64,000 bases of DNA. Source: Eutreptiella sp. 'Long Island Sound 2002'. Its lineage: Eukaryota > Protista > Euglenida. The translations under genes were made by a program, and so were the position numbers. Of this stretch, positions 34,722 through 47,004 are shown in pieces (the first letter of the stretch is position 1; the number at the start of each line of letters is the position of its first letter). The DNA lies in NCBI GenBank assembly GCA_964036045.1, contig OZ038378.1:24304001-24368000 (forward strand). The letters run 5' to 3'. The notes under the pieces are model-generated. The model did not search any database. It was not told the origin of the DNA and worked only from the letters and a program-made list of their open reading frames with translations.

Positions 34722-35813
34722 GGGGGAATGTTTGCCCGGCGCGCGCCCGGCGCGCTACTTTTCTATTAACTATCCCGACTTCAGCCCCAGATTTACCCTC
34801 CCATGGAGAAGCCCCTCAAGTAGACCACATTGCACTGCACACCTTCCCTACAAAGCACGTTGCAAAATAAAGCAGGATCTGTGAATCCAACCACTCCAAC
34901 TGTCATTTGTAGTGTAATTAACAAACAACATTGGTCCCACAAGTGTGGGTGTCAATACATTCATTACGATAATGCTCCTTACACTCATCACAAACTGCGA
35001 CAGTGGAGCGCCGTTGGCAACACAACACACACACTTCCGCCTCATCCTCTGCCTCATCTTGCGTGGCGGCCGAGTTGCTTTGGTCAGTCCAAACTAGAGG
35101 CGGGACATGCTCCCATGGTCCGTAGGGGGGGTGACGGACTTGCCTCCGGATGCAAAACTGTGTGAAATGCAACAAAATGCGGACTGACTGGTGCAACTCA
35201 TTGGGGCCGCCACACCACATGCTCCTAACCAAACCCCAATGCCACAACCGAGCAAACAACTGCTCAATGCGTGCCCTGTACCACCCATGCACATCATTGT
35301 AACATTGTTGGCGGGATGTCAAAGTGCCATTCTTTCTTCCAATGAATGGCACAATGACATGAATCCGGCCTTTATAAGCACCATCATGGCCCCCAACTTC
35401 AAAATCAAAGAAATCATCTCGGGTACGAGAAGGTCCGTACCCATCCCAAATCAAAACATCTGTTGATGTCCCGGGGGCCAAGGGGCAAATCCATATAATG
35501 TTGCCCAACATATCAACGGCAACAGTCACCTTGTAAACATGCGACGCATACTTAGGATTCCCCAGGTCTGCACTCCATCTACCGCCAATGGAACTGATGG
35601 GCATGGAGTCTGTGAAATGCGTCGCCTACCTAACCTAAGCCGGGGGTCACCATGATGCTCCTAGTATCTCAAAGTGTGGGTCTCTAGTACAGCCAGGCGC
35701 CCAAATAGCTGCACTGTGCTAAGTGCGCCCTTAGTGCACCCCCTAAAAGGCCACCAGAGGGGCACGGGTCCAAAAAGATGCCCGGCGCGCGCCCGGCGCG
35801 CTAACGTTCCCCC
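34722..35813 (-). mobile_element. PIF/Harbinger (IS5/ISL2EU-like) deleted DNA transposon, 1092 bp
   Basis: Tips gggggaatgt / acgttccccc; 3-bp TSD CAA (34719-34721 and 35814-35816); internal DDE transposase fragment. Confidence 0.85.
34918..35604 (-). CDS. DDE_Tnp_4-type transposase catalytic region (N-terminally truncated) with a C-terminal Cys/His cluster
   Basis: 228-aa open frame: NPKY...YKVTVAVDMLGNIIW...PG..D, GHDGAYKG, YNDVHGWYRARIEQLFARL (IS5/Harbinger N-x3-H-x3-R-x2-(I/V)E pattern). An in-frame TDSMP just upstream of the ATG may supply the first Asp. Confidence 0.8.
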   Translation of the reverse strand: MPISSIGGRWSADLGNPKYASHVYKVTVAVDMLGNIIWICPLAPGTSTDVLIWDGYGPSRTRDDFFDFEVGGHDGAYKGRIHVIVPFIGRKNGTLTSRQQCYNDVHGWYRARIEQLFARLWHWGLVRSMWCGGPNELHQSVRILLHFTQFCIRRQVRHPPYGPWEHVPPLVWTDQSNSAATQDEAEDEAEVCVLCCQRRSTVAVCDECKEHYRNECIDTHTCGTNVVC

Positions 35814-36199
35814 CAAGGCCAAGCACCGTCATCACCAGTCTCATGCTAGGGTTCTGGCGACAGGACCAGGGGCAGTGGCAGTGAAAACTCGGTCCTATTT
35901 TGTAGTTGTTTGGACGGGCAAAGCACGTGCCCGGGTTTCACTCCGCCAGCCAGGTGCAACCCCCCCCCCCCATTAACTGTTGGTCACAGGCCCCTTGGGG
36001 GGGGTGTCCTGGGACCCGCAGAGTCGCCCCCCCCCCACCCCCGCGGTGATGCTATGCCGTGCCCTGGAAATGATGGTTGATCCTGATAGGCAATGTGTTA
36101 GTGATGCTGATGGTCAACATGACCAACATCACAAAGGTTGATCACCATGCCCATCATAATGGTGATCATTTATGGCCAACATGATGCCACGGTTCCAGT

Positions 36200-36428
36200 C
36201 CGGACGTTTGTTGGTTAAAAAAAAAGTCTAGGCTCCCCAATAGCCAGCTCATTATTTATGCACACAACTGGAGGGCACTTGAAGGGCAACCAACGGCGGT
36301 TGGTGAGTATTTGACGGCAGTTGAAGAGCGTCCGCCGGCAGTTGGACGGCAAACGACGGCTGTTGAAGGTTGACGCTATTCCAAAAAAAAAAAAACAAGA
36401 GAACTTGTCCACAAAACAAAACGTCCTG
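36200..36428. mobile_element. hAT-type MITE
   Basis: TIR ccggacgtttg / aaacgtcctg; 8-bp flanks gttccagt vs gttctagc (6/8 match). Confidence 0.7.
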
Positions 36429-38719
36429 GTTCTAGCAGGAATGGTTAGGTTAAGCTCTGGTATGGCCAGTACCCAAGGACGCAGTGACTGCTGGTGGGTC
36501 AGATGGCTCCACGCCCAAGGCCCTCATGGAATTCATCGAGGTGCAAGACGCAGATATGCTCAAAGGAAAGCCGGCGACAGATCTGCCGTCAGAAGCAAAT
36601 GCGGAGAAGCTACCACCCTCCCCCGGAGTCAGCCTCAAGGCCAACGAGTCGGCGGAGCAGTTCACCCGCATCGGAGGGGGTGGGCAAGTGTTTTGCATTT
36701 GGCTCCAAAGAGGCTCTGTTTTGTGGTGCCGGTCCATTGCGTAGAGTTCTACTTTGCAATGCTCTGATTCATTAGGGCCCACCACAAAAATACGCTGCTC
36801 ACTGCCCCCCCCCCCCCCCAATGTGTTGCCGACTCGTTCGCCCGCCGCCGACTCAGGGGCGGGGTTGAAGCTTGAGGACTGCTCGTGAGAATGTCCACAA
36901 CTACGGTGGATGTGCCGGGAACCGATAATGCCCCACTCCCTGTGGAATTCCAACCCTTTGCTGGCTGTCGATTTATGTGCTGTCTTCAGTGCTGTAGGTA
37001 ATGCATCCAGCCGCATTTCATTGTGCAACGAGGAAATCTCCAGTTGCGGTGCCCACTTAGGACCCCATGCACTCCACCTGCAGCACGCCTCAGCGCAGCT
37101 GCACCCGCCCTTGATCCAGCCCTCTGGAACCATCTGGGCCCCTGCATACGCTCCTACGCCACATCCCATCCCCCACGCCTTCCCATCCAGCGCCACGTGG
37201 GTACCTGCAATGCGCACGCACCGCGTACACACCGCATCAAATGTCCCCCCCACTGAGAAACACCCACCCGGATTTGCCTCCCTGACCCAGGCCCAGGAAT
37301 TCCGCAAACCTGCCATTTGTTTGGCCTTGGCCGTTACACCCTCGGTCTTGTGGCCACTGTCTATCGGCCTGGGTGCCTGCTCCGTGCTCTCCGGACTGGA
37401 GGTGTGTTGGACCTCCGCAAAATGGAGGTCTTCAAATTGTGGGCACACCTGCAACACAGAATGCCATGAGACCCTTCCGCCGCGCAAAGCAAATGTGGAA
37501 GCAAGACCATGTGGCAAGAGCAGGACAGTCCGGCACAAAGCAGGATGATGAAAAGCAATCACTTGTCCGGACGCCCTCGCGTGTTCCTGGCCCTCAAGCT
37601 CAATGGCATGCGTTCCTGAGGACACGAGTGAATTGATTTCCGCAGTCCTCCATCGTCTACCTCCCGTTCATAGCCTCCGTCTGCGCCACTGTACCACTAC
37701 AACACTGTACCTTGCCATTCTGTCGAATGGACTTGTGGCCATGGACCCCCAGGGCGATCTCGCTGCGTTTGTGTTCACGGTGCTTCAGAGCTCCATTTTG
37801 AAATTGCGATTCCGCGATATAATGTTCCACATTCCAGAGGCTGCGCTTATAATGCAGCATAAAGAATGCTAAAGATGCATGTCGCAATGGGGCATGTGTC
37901 ACCACAGTCCACACTCACTTTGGACCCTGAGATGGGCAAAAGGGGAGACATGAGCTCCCCCCCACATACAAAAATGGGTGCAATGTCAACTCATCCCCTC
38001 CCCCTGACTGCCACTTTTGGAGGCTGGCAATCACTACTCCCTCCCTTATTGCCGGTGCCATTTCCACTGTGTTTGTCTCCATTCTGCAAGATCAGCCTCG
38101 AGCACAGGGGGTTGCGCCTTTTGGGTTTCCTGTCAATGGTATGTTGACCAGACTCCTGTGCATGTTCTGCGGATGGTCGCTGGTAGTTGGAACAAACGGC
38201 TATGTCGTACCACTTTTGCCATATCATTCGTAGATGCCCCCCCCAGGCCTGTATTGATGCTGGTCGGACGGGAAAGCTGGTTGTGCCCGACAGGGTCCAC
38301 TGCACCTGCAGGTGCAAAGATTGAACATGCAAAGCAGCCGGGGCAGGAGGGTACAATCAGGACATCTCACCACATCTCAGATGAGACAAGCAAGGAAGAG
38401 CCGGCACGTAAGGGTCAGGAAGCAAGGTCGCTTTCAACACGTGGATCCCACAAGCCAGTCATTCCTAGTCATTCCTGTGGGAATTTCTGTGGCACCTTTG
38501 GCAACGGAAACCAGAAGTGGTCAACCAGACGGCCACATAGCGGAAATTGACACAGGCAAACAACATAGCAGGCGTGCTTGCGATGTAGCCCAAACACTCG
38601 ACACAGCAATTGACAGATGCAGAGTAAACCGTCCCCCCAATAATATCATGCTCGTGATACTGTGTTGTGCGTGATATTATTTTGACCACGTCCCCTGCGC
38701 CAGGTCTTTTTTGTCATCA

Positions 38720-39341
38720 CTGATCCCGCTGAACTCCCCTTTGCTGCTGAGGCAATTGAAGCACGGCAGCATGATGAACTTGTTGTTGAACATGTGTTTG
38801 AGGCTGTGACTGATGACGAGAAGTCTGATGTTGAGGAGTACTCCACTACAATGACCATGACAGTGATGTTGCTGAATCTGTTGTGGTTCCAAAATCTTCT
38901 GCAGTTGCTGCTCAGGTTGCTGTTCCTGAAGTTGGTGCCGCTGAACGAGCTGTTCCATCAATTGCTAGCCCTGACTGTGGTGTAGTTTCAGAATTTCATG
39001 CTGATGCCGATGTGGATGTTGATGCTGATGTTGATGCCAATGCCGATGATGATGCTGATGCTGATGTTGATGCTGATGTTGAACCTGATGGAGTATCTGA
39101 TGTTGAACCTGCTGGAGTATCTGAGATTGCTGCCAAAACTCAGCGCTTTGCCCAAGCAAAAAAGTTTTTCCATCGCGGCATGGGTTCCAAAGACACATTG
39201 GGGAAGCGGCGACAGGTTGACGCCCACACACGGGTGAAGAGGCGTGCTATTGCCCTGCTGCGCGAAGGCAAGGAGTTCTCAGTCATCCTGCGAACAGTGT
39301 GGGACCTTACTAATGAGAAATTTCTCCTCATGAACCAATGA
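38720..39341 (+). pseudogene. Broken ORF with an acidic (A/V-D)n repeat and a possible helix-turn-helix; probably transposon-derived
   Basis: Frames DPAELPFAAEAIEARQHDELVVEHVFE and ...ADADVDVDADVDANADDD...KRRAIALLREGKEFSVILRTVWDLT. The hexamer repeat lies at about 38995-39110. Confidence 0.35.
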
Positions 39342-41516
39342 CAACATTGAAGAAGTGGGCCAGCATTGTTGACAAGCTCGAGGGTTGTGTGGTCGCACAC
39401 ACAGCAAAACGTGTTAAAGGCGTAGGGTAAATTACATGCAATACGATGCTTCATCGTATCAGTGGTTCCAGTGGTTCCAAGTGGTTCTGTGGTAGGCGTG
39501 CACAGAACTACCAGAAGTTCAGCTTGAAAATGTTGTAGTGGCAAAGCCCAAGCCCAAACCTAAGCCGGCAGCACGCCAGCTGTCAATGGCGGCTCTCTTG
39601 GCACAGAAATGGCTACAATTCGGCCTCGTGATGCATATTACGGGCATTACGAACAGTGCTTTGCCCTGTTATTTGCGGCAGGGTGAGGTAGGCAAAATGC
39701 TGCATGATATTATTTCAGCAGTCCAAAATATTATCATGCATGGGTCATATTATTTCGGTGCGTGATAGTAAGGGGGGTTGGTTTAATCCCGCGACACCAC
39801 CGAAACGGTCCCAGAAAATCACAGCAACCATCCAAACCCCTTCAAGGGACTGTTGTGGTCAGTTACCCTCAAGCCGCTGAAAGCTACCGCTCCTGCGGCG
39901 CTTGCTCTCTGACCGCCATTGCCTTCGATGCCTTCGGTTGCGTGCGGTTGCCAAGACTCCCACACCCCCTCCCCGACCCACCCAACCCTCATGCCATGGG
40001 TGTCAAGGTCTAGAGCTGAACTGCAATGCTCCACCGCCTCTTGTGGTGTCGGCTTTTCTTCACCCCTCTCCCACTCACCAAAGCAATTCCATTATGGGAG
40101 GAAGCAACTCTTACATGCACACACCAGTCTTTCCCCGTAAGCCCAAACACAATGGGCTCATTCTTGTAACTTTCCATTCTTGAACCACAAAAATGGCGGT
40201 CCCAAAATTGACGGTAACACAAGGTCGGCGTGCTTTGCCATAAACCCATGATGGTCGTCACCCTCCGGTATCACACTGGGTAGCTCTCAACCCGTGCACA
40301 CGTCGGCATGCTGAGACAAGGCCCTGCTCGTGCAAGGATGCAAGCATTTCTGATAGCTTTCAATGCAATTGGAGCCATGGCTGATGTTGTCACCCCCAGC
40401 CAACACCCCCTTCATGTCCACAAATAATTGCAGTCTTGTTTAAGCACAGTGACCCCGTGGTACTGTCTCTTTCGGGCACTCGGGTGCTTGTGCAAAGGGG
40501 GTGAGGGGGTTACCTGGCCTGCCTCGATGGCTGAACACAAACATGTACTTCCCAGCTGTCTGCCACCACTTCAACTACCAACGCCGCCAGGGTGGTCTGT
40601 TGTGTCTGTCATGCATGTGTATCAGACCTTGTTTCCCAGAACCAAAAGCCTGGTATGGTACAAAGGATGCATTTCTTGCACCTTGCAGCACCACCCAAAA
40701 ATGACTGCGACCGAATCCACACAACCTTCCAGGCAGTAGTAGATTTGTCCACCCTCATTATCCCCCCCCCCACCAGGTGATAATTCTTATCCAGGCATTC
40801 TCTGTGGGTGAACTGCTGACTGTTTTTTTCCTTTGCTCTGTGCATCAGGTATCAATGCGATACTGCTCCCACTGCCCTTGTTGTGCTCATCAGATGGTGG
40901 TGCGGAGGCCACTGGCACCTAGGACACTATGCCCTGGTGTCCAAAATTGCTTGCTTTGCTAGAGCTGCTGCCTGTGGCACACGTTCTCGCCAGGGTGGTG
41001 AGGATGTGCTGCACCAGCCTGTTGCTCTCTGATCCCCGCCCTTCCCATGCCCCATGCCCCAGTGCTGAGCTAGGCACTGTGTGCAGCCACTTTCAGTCAG
41101 AATCTGTGGTGTGCCATGGCAGTTGTCCCCAGCATTTGAGGCTATGTTCAGGGCACAACTGCTTTTCGCTTGTGCCGCTGGGGCGGAGTCTCGCCAGCGG
41201 CATGGGTGCGCCATGAGACTGACCCCCTCCCTGCCACACTGTTGTGCCAGGCACTGCTGAGTGCTGGCCCTGCAAGCGCAAGGCAACCTCATATGTCTAC
41301 AGCAACGCTTGTGATGATGCCAGACCATCTGTCAAGGGAAGCTCTTTCTCACCATTCCTATCCATACATGTCCCGGGTGCCTCTGACGGCACTCTGTCAC
41401 CCCCCACCAACCCCAACGCTCCTGGTGCTGCCAGAACTCAAAGGGCATGCGAGCAGTACAGGAATGAGGATTTGCAGTGCTCGATGATGCGCCAACTTTC
41501 AGTTAGCATGCAACTG

Positions 41517-43422
41517 ACTTGCTGATAACACCTGCCGAGGCAGATGTCGGCAAGTGTCGGAAAATTTTTCGGCGGGTGTCGGCAGGTGTCACGAAACTTT
41601 CTGGCAGGTGTCGGCAAGTGTCAGGCAGGTGTCTGTCATAGACAAACATAGACCCGCACACGAGTGTAAACACACAGGCCCCATACATGGACCTACACAA
41701 CAACCCAGATACGTACATGTACAGACATAATCTGGACAACATTCTAGGACTGATGAATTACGGACCGCACATGGTGTTGGAACCCTCAATGGGTTTGTTG
41801 CCGTTCCAACACCAATAACGATCCTGTTGCCCTTGTGTCGATCCCAAATCCCACAGCACATCCCCACATCTACTATATATCTCAGCCAAGGACGCACTTT
41901 CTTCAAAGAATGTTGGAACTTACGTTGCTCTGGTATCAGCGCTGATACAGCGGCTTCGGTACAAGTAACCCCACCCCATAAGAAGACACAGCCCAATTAA
42001 GAAGACACACACATCTTCTCATTTTCTACTCCCAAATAAGAAGACGCAGAAAGCCACCCTTTCCTGAGAATCAACAAAACAATTCAACTCATCATCAGAC
42101 TCAGCACCAGCACCAGAGGCCACACTGACGCCCATGTCCTCCTCTTTCCGTTCCCAGAAGTCGTCCACAACAAGTTCATCATGTTGCCATGCTTCATCAA
42201 TATCAACAACAAAAGGATCAAATGTTTCCATGAAATGTCTCAGGTGGCACAAAATGGTACAAAAGGGATTCAAAAGTTGTGACATAGGCCCAAGGCCAAG
42301 TTGTTGCACTGCGTGCGCACTGCGTGCATACTGCGCACACAGAGGCCGGGATACTCACCCAAGAATACCTGTCACCTGTCTGGTAGCAAATAGGATGAAG
42401 GGGAGGGCGGTGGTGAGTCTGAGCGTGGATGGAACACACTTGTTGATGGCGAGCGAGGACAGTGATGTGGTGGGGATGAAGGCCGCACCACAAACTCCTC
42501 AACGTCCGTGGAGATTGACATGTGTTCTACGAACAAAGCGCAAAATACACTAGTTCCACAGCACACACCCTGAAGTTGTATGACCACATACCAGGCTCAG
42601 GGTGCCCGTTTGACATTTGGCAACAAACATGGGAGAGGCATGAACACAGGGAAGGGGGCTGAGTTACAACCCGACTGTAGGAAAGATTGGCTCACTTTCC
42701 TCAATAGCACCGGAAGGTTGAGTCGAAGACAAAGGACGGTTAGCGGGGAGAGTTCAATATGGGGGATGGAAAATGGGTAAAAATGGTTGGAAATGGGCAA
42801 AAAAGGGTGACAATTCGAATGTGCCACATCCCAAATGCATAGGAAGCTAAAAAACCCCCAGTAGGAACCAAAAACTTGTCAAAAGGGGCCAAAAGTACGG
42901 TCCGAGTATTTGCCGACATCCAAAACTTCGCACAACGTCCACACTGCGTGCACGGCATTCCCCAAAACAAAGCAATTCCGGGTGTCAAAGGGGACCGGCG
43001 TCAAAATAAGAAGACACACCTAATAGGAAGACGCAAATAAATAAGAAGACGCGTATCCTCTGATACGGGGCGGGGGTTTGCCGGTCGTTGGTACAGCGGC
43101 TTCTTCAGCCTGCACATTGGGAGATTGGGAACTGACGAATGGGTGCTGCTTATCCACCCGCTTGGTAAATATTGCAAACATAAAGTGCCTATGATGGAAT
43201 GTAGTAATGTAATGTTAATAACCGGAATGTAAAGTACATGCTTACTGTTGCATGCATGCACACCACACACCCCAGGAGGCACTCACACGTGTCGAAAAAA
43301 ATTTTCGGCGGGTGTCAGCAGGTGTCAAGAAACTTTTCGGCAAGTGTCGGCAGGTGTCACAAAAACTTTTCGCAGGTGTGGGCAAGTGTGTCGAGACGTT
43401 CCAGTGGGTGTCATTAGCAGGT
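41517..43422. mobile_element. Putative 1.9-kb DNA transposon with short TIRs and direct subterminal arrays
   Basis: TIR acttgctgataacacc (41517-41532) vs the reverse complement of 43407-43422, 13/16 identical. About 60-bp direct arrays of ggcRRgtgtc units at about 41561-41622 and 43296-43358, and internal aagaagacRc motif clusters. No clear TSD. Confidence 0.5.
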
Positions 43423-44068
43423 ATGAACGGGAATCTCAAAGCTTTCCCTATTCCAATACCATGCTACCCAGTGGGTGGCAGTCCCTGCCGAATTTCAGTA
43501 CTACTATGAAATTTCAATGACTTTATAAAGAAGCACACTAACAACCCCTCAAAATTAATGTGCGCTACTTCTGCTGCAAACATGCTAAAAGGATGCAAAT
43601 GCATGCAACTGGTCTGATATAAGATCCTAGTCACAGCCCAATGCAACATGTAGCGTGTGTTGGCAGGCCTATTGGCTGCAACTTGGACAATGCAGAAAAT
43701 GCTGCATGCCTTTATCGCACGTGACCTCAAAGGGCCCCAGCTTCAATTGCTTTGCATCCCATCCCCCAGCAACAGCACAAAGACATCTCGAGCAGAAGCC
43801 ACCATCCATCGCCCCAGCCAACACGACATTGACTCCTACCTCAGGTCCCTACCACTTTCCCCATTCTCATTCTTGCCTTTCCCAGGACAGCGTTGCATGT
43901 ACATGGCGTCCTTAGAAGGGGCTCGCGGTGCACATACTGGATAGCCCTGTTGCTTGAGGCACTGCTGGTGGCTGGCACCTCTTGCTCGTCTGAATGGGCA
44001 CCGACCACGAGTACCAGGTCTCACCCCAAGGCATACAGACCATTGGTCGGGCTGTCCACAGCGTCTAT

Positions 44069-44359
44069 GGGGGCGTTTTCGCACAGCGTGCGCACAGCAC
44101 TTGTTATTACTTTGTTTAACCCGGGAACACCCTGGAAACCACCCACCTACAGAAGCATGCATGATCAATTCAAAACAGCAGGGAGTGCAGAATTCAGGAC
44201 CCTGGGGCCCGTGGCGAGCATCAGACTGCAAAAAAAAATCCCTGGTGTACCAGCAGGGGCTGTAGGGTGCAGAATTCAGGACCCTGGGACCTGTGGCTAC
44301 CCATGGTGGAAAACAGCCGACTTTTCGCACAGTGTGCGCACAGTGCACAGTGCGCCCCC
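44069..44359. mobile_element. PIF/Harbinger-like MITE, 291 bp
   Basis: Tips gggggcg / cgccccc; TSD TAT (44066-44068 and 44360-44362); direct subterminal repeat ttttcgcacagYgtgcgcacag at 44076 and 44322. Confidence 0.85.
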
Positions 44360-44493
44360 TATGGACCAAACAAGAATGAAACATTTAGTAAGTTGAGTAA
44401 CTTGAGCGGCCACAGTAGATGTCACAAACATGATTACGAATTTGCAAAGCACAGGAGACAGCTCATCAGCAGCTGCACTCGTCTCAAAAAAGC

Positions 44494-44946
44494 TTGATTG
44501 TGCATAAAGCAGAATGTGTCAATTGTCATAGGGGAATGCCATTTCATGGGGACACCGAAATCAATCCATCAAGGTGCACTCTGCCCTTTGCCTGCGACTC
44601 CATAAACCTAATTGCTAAAGCCATCGCACAAAGTGCAACCTGTCTGCCAGATCGGACTGTGGAAGTGGATTCAAGCGATTTCGAGACAGCGAAAACACGT
44701 GTTGTCATCATTTATTTTAGATCCGCCTGTGTGCTCTTCTGCAAGAATGGAGGATGTACACAGGCGTTGTGGCGGGTTGTGGGCATTATTTTGGAGAGGT
44801 ATCGGACTGGCGCACACTTCCCATGCCATATATTGCATATTGCTTCCCGTCTTGGAATGATGGAAATTTCCTTGTGGAAGGTAGATCTTGAAAATGATAT
44901 AGCCAAACTTTTTTCATGCAGAGGAAACCTGCAGAAGCGTAGATGA
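44494..44946 (+). mobile_element. Decayed hAT transposase fragment
   Basis: VDSSDFETAKTRVVIIYFR resembles DEStD...l.i.vRy, and GGCTQALWRVVGIILERYRTGAHFPCHILHIA resembles the hAT G.m.G...Gv...l......hC..H.L.LA region. A W...WL...C..C (TTF-finger-like) fragment lies at about 43655-43720. Confidence 0.5.
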
Positions 44947-45638
44947 TTGGTGCATCCATCCTGAAGTTCAGTTCAACCCTTAGATCTCCACCGGGACAAT
45001 ATGGATCACACCACCACAGACAAGCCATGTGGTCTGTAAGGAGGCGAATCACTAGGGTTGGGGTTACATGTGTCTCCAGCAGCAATAGCACTGTGAGGGA
45101 GAGTGACCTTGACTCTAACAGAAACCCTGATTTAAAAAAAAAAAAGGTGAAAGAAATGACCTAGCCGAGCCTCTCCCCTGGCTCACACTCTGCCATGCCT
45201 CACACCCTGCACCATCTCAAACTCTACGCCATCTCGCTCTCTGTGCCTTCTAACCCTCTGCCCGTTCTTATAGGCATGCTTACCCGGTACATCCTTCGCG
45301 ATTGTGTACACTGTCAAACTGCCAATCCACTGTTCCTTGACCAACCAACTGCTGTTCCCCAAAAGCAGATCCCAATGGTAGACACCAACTGGTGGACTGC
45401 TGCTGGTCCTTCCAATCTGTCCACTAGTTGCTTCCCAACTGTGCTTTGTGTTGCACACAAATATTTGTCAGTGCCAGAGTTGACGTGTGAGTCATTATTG
45501 AGAAGAAGAACGTTTGTAGAACATGAAATGTAACCTGCAATCTGTGTGTATTGTGTAAGAAACCGCTGTCGGTGCGCTCGTCCATGGTGACGTACCACCA
45601 TGCTCTTCACAGTTCCTTATGCAGCACCCCACCGTGCG

Positions 45639-46418
45639 TCATTTGAAGCCGAAGACCTTCGAGTGGGCGTATAATGTAGTCATGGGGGGGTTTGGCTCCT
45701 CTATCTGATTCTGGGTATCCGGCTCTTGCAGAACAAAATTGGCTCCAGGGTCAGGATACGCAGGGGGATTGGCGGCCCCTGCGTACGCTGGGCAATTGGC
45801 GGCCCCTGGAGCAGAGCCTGAGTGCGTAACCATATGCCCTTGTGTGTGAGTAGCATACGGATTCACCCAGGGTCTGGCCTGAGCCGAGGGCTGGTAGCGC
45901 TGGATGCCACGAGCGCTCTGGGCTGGCAGGCGCTTGTGCGGGTGTACAATGGCGGGGTTTGGCAGCCACTGGCTGGGGTTTTCGTGTGGCATGATGGTCC
46001 AGTGCAATTGAATATCGAGATACCTCTTGTTGTCATTGCACTGCCCCACCACAATCTCCCCTACCAGCTCCTGGTCCTGCAGCATGAGCAGCTGGTCTGC
46101 AGTGAAAAAAAGGGCCTGCTGCCAGTGGGTGCCTGCACACTCAGGCGAGGTTGAAAGCGTGTGCAGCAAATTGACCTTCGGGTCCCGCCTCAGCAGGCGT
46201 TGAAGCAGGAGGCGGGAGGCGTCGGAGAGCACGGACCCACTCACATTGTCCTCCGCGGCAGTTCCATTGGGCACTGGTCCATTGTCCGACGGGATGGCAC
46301 TCTGGGCCAGGGGGGGCAGTGTGGCACGTATTTCCTCCTCTGTCGTGAAGATTGTGGTGAAATACCCCACGAACCCATGGAAATTGGTGACTATCATGGA
46401 CTTGAAATTGAACGTGGC
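45639..46418 (-). CDS. PRMT6: Type I protein arginine methyltransferase (PRMT6-like), exon 2
   Basis: Acceptor atctag|GCC at 46418, phase 0. ATFNFKSMIVTNFHGFVGYF, the THW loop LSTSPECAGTHWQQ, QDQELVGEIVVGQCNDNKRYLDIQL, then a low-complexity tail to the stop at 45639. Confidence 0.88.
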   Translation of the reverse strand, partial: ATFNFKSMIVTNFHGFVGYFTTIFTTEEEIRATLPPLAQSAIPSDNGPVPNGTAAEDNVSGSVLSDASRLLLQRLLRRDPKVNLLHTLSTSPECAGTHWQQALFFTADQLLMLQDQELVGEIVVGQCNDNKRYLDIQLHWTIMPHENPSQWLPNPAIVHPHKRLPAQSARGIQRYQPSAQARPWVNPYATHTQGHMVTHSGSAPGAANCPAYAGAANPPAYPDPGANFVLQEPDTQNQIEEPNPPMTTLYAHSKVFGFK

Positions 46419-47004
46419 CTAGATAAACAGAGGATGAGGAAACCCCTAGGACCGAAGTGCAAACGGCAATTGCTGCATCCACAGCACAGTGCTTCCATCC
46501 AATCGCGGCTTCCAGGACTGAAAAAATTCACTTGGGTGCTCCTGGCCAAACACACTCCTCTGGCGGGTCCAGGTCACTGAAAAAAGCCGTTTAGGCCGCA
46601 TGCGGCCGAAACAACCCATTTGGACACATTAGGGGGCACAACATAGAAAGAACAACAGAAGAATCAGAGGGAGGGTTGATGTCAGTATCATCCTACACCC
46701 TTCAGTGCACATTCTTTGTGCCATGTGCATGAGCTGGCAAATTTAGCCTCCATTCGCATTACCATCAATGGCCAATAACCAATCACTAAAATGAGCGTGG
46801 CAGAGAATCAGGCATAAGGAACTGCAAGCAGAGCGGGCTCAACAACACAAGGAGATCGGAAGTTGCCAACCAGGTGGGTCCCCAAAGATAGCCAGACCAA
46901 ACAGGTGCACAAATATGAATGCATGCATGTGAGCATGGTGTCATGCTTCAGTGGCGTGGCTGTGGTTGTCGTGTCACATATGTCTTGCATCAGCGGCACA
47001 ATTG

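Noticed and set aside
38677-39237. Gln/His-, Met/Leu- and Asn/Ile-repeat ORFs
   Set aside because: They are alternative readings of one GATGYT hexamer repeat region.
44960-45040. YCPGGDL kinase hinge motif as the missing NEK exon
   Set aside because: It is an isolated 7-residue match antisense to a hAT remnant; the upstream context (CLWWCDP) does not fit LxIVMEY and no other kinase subdomains are nearby.
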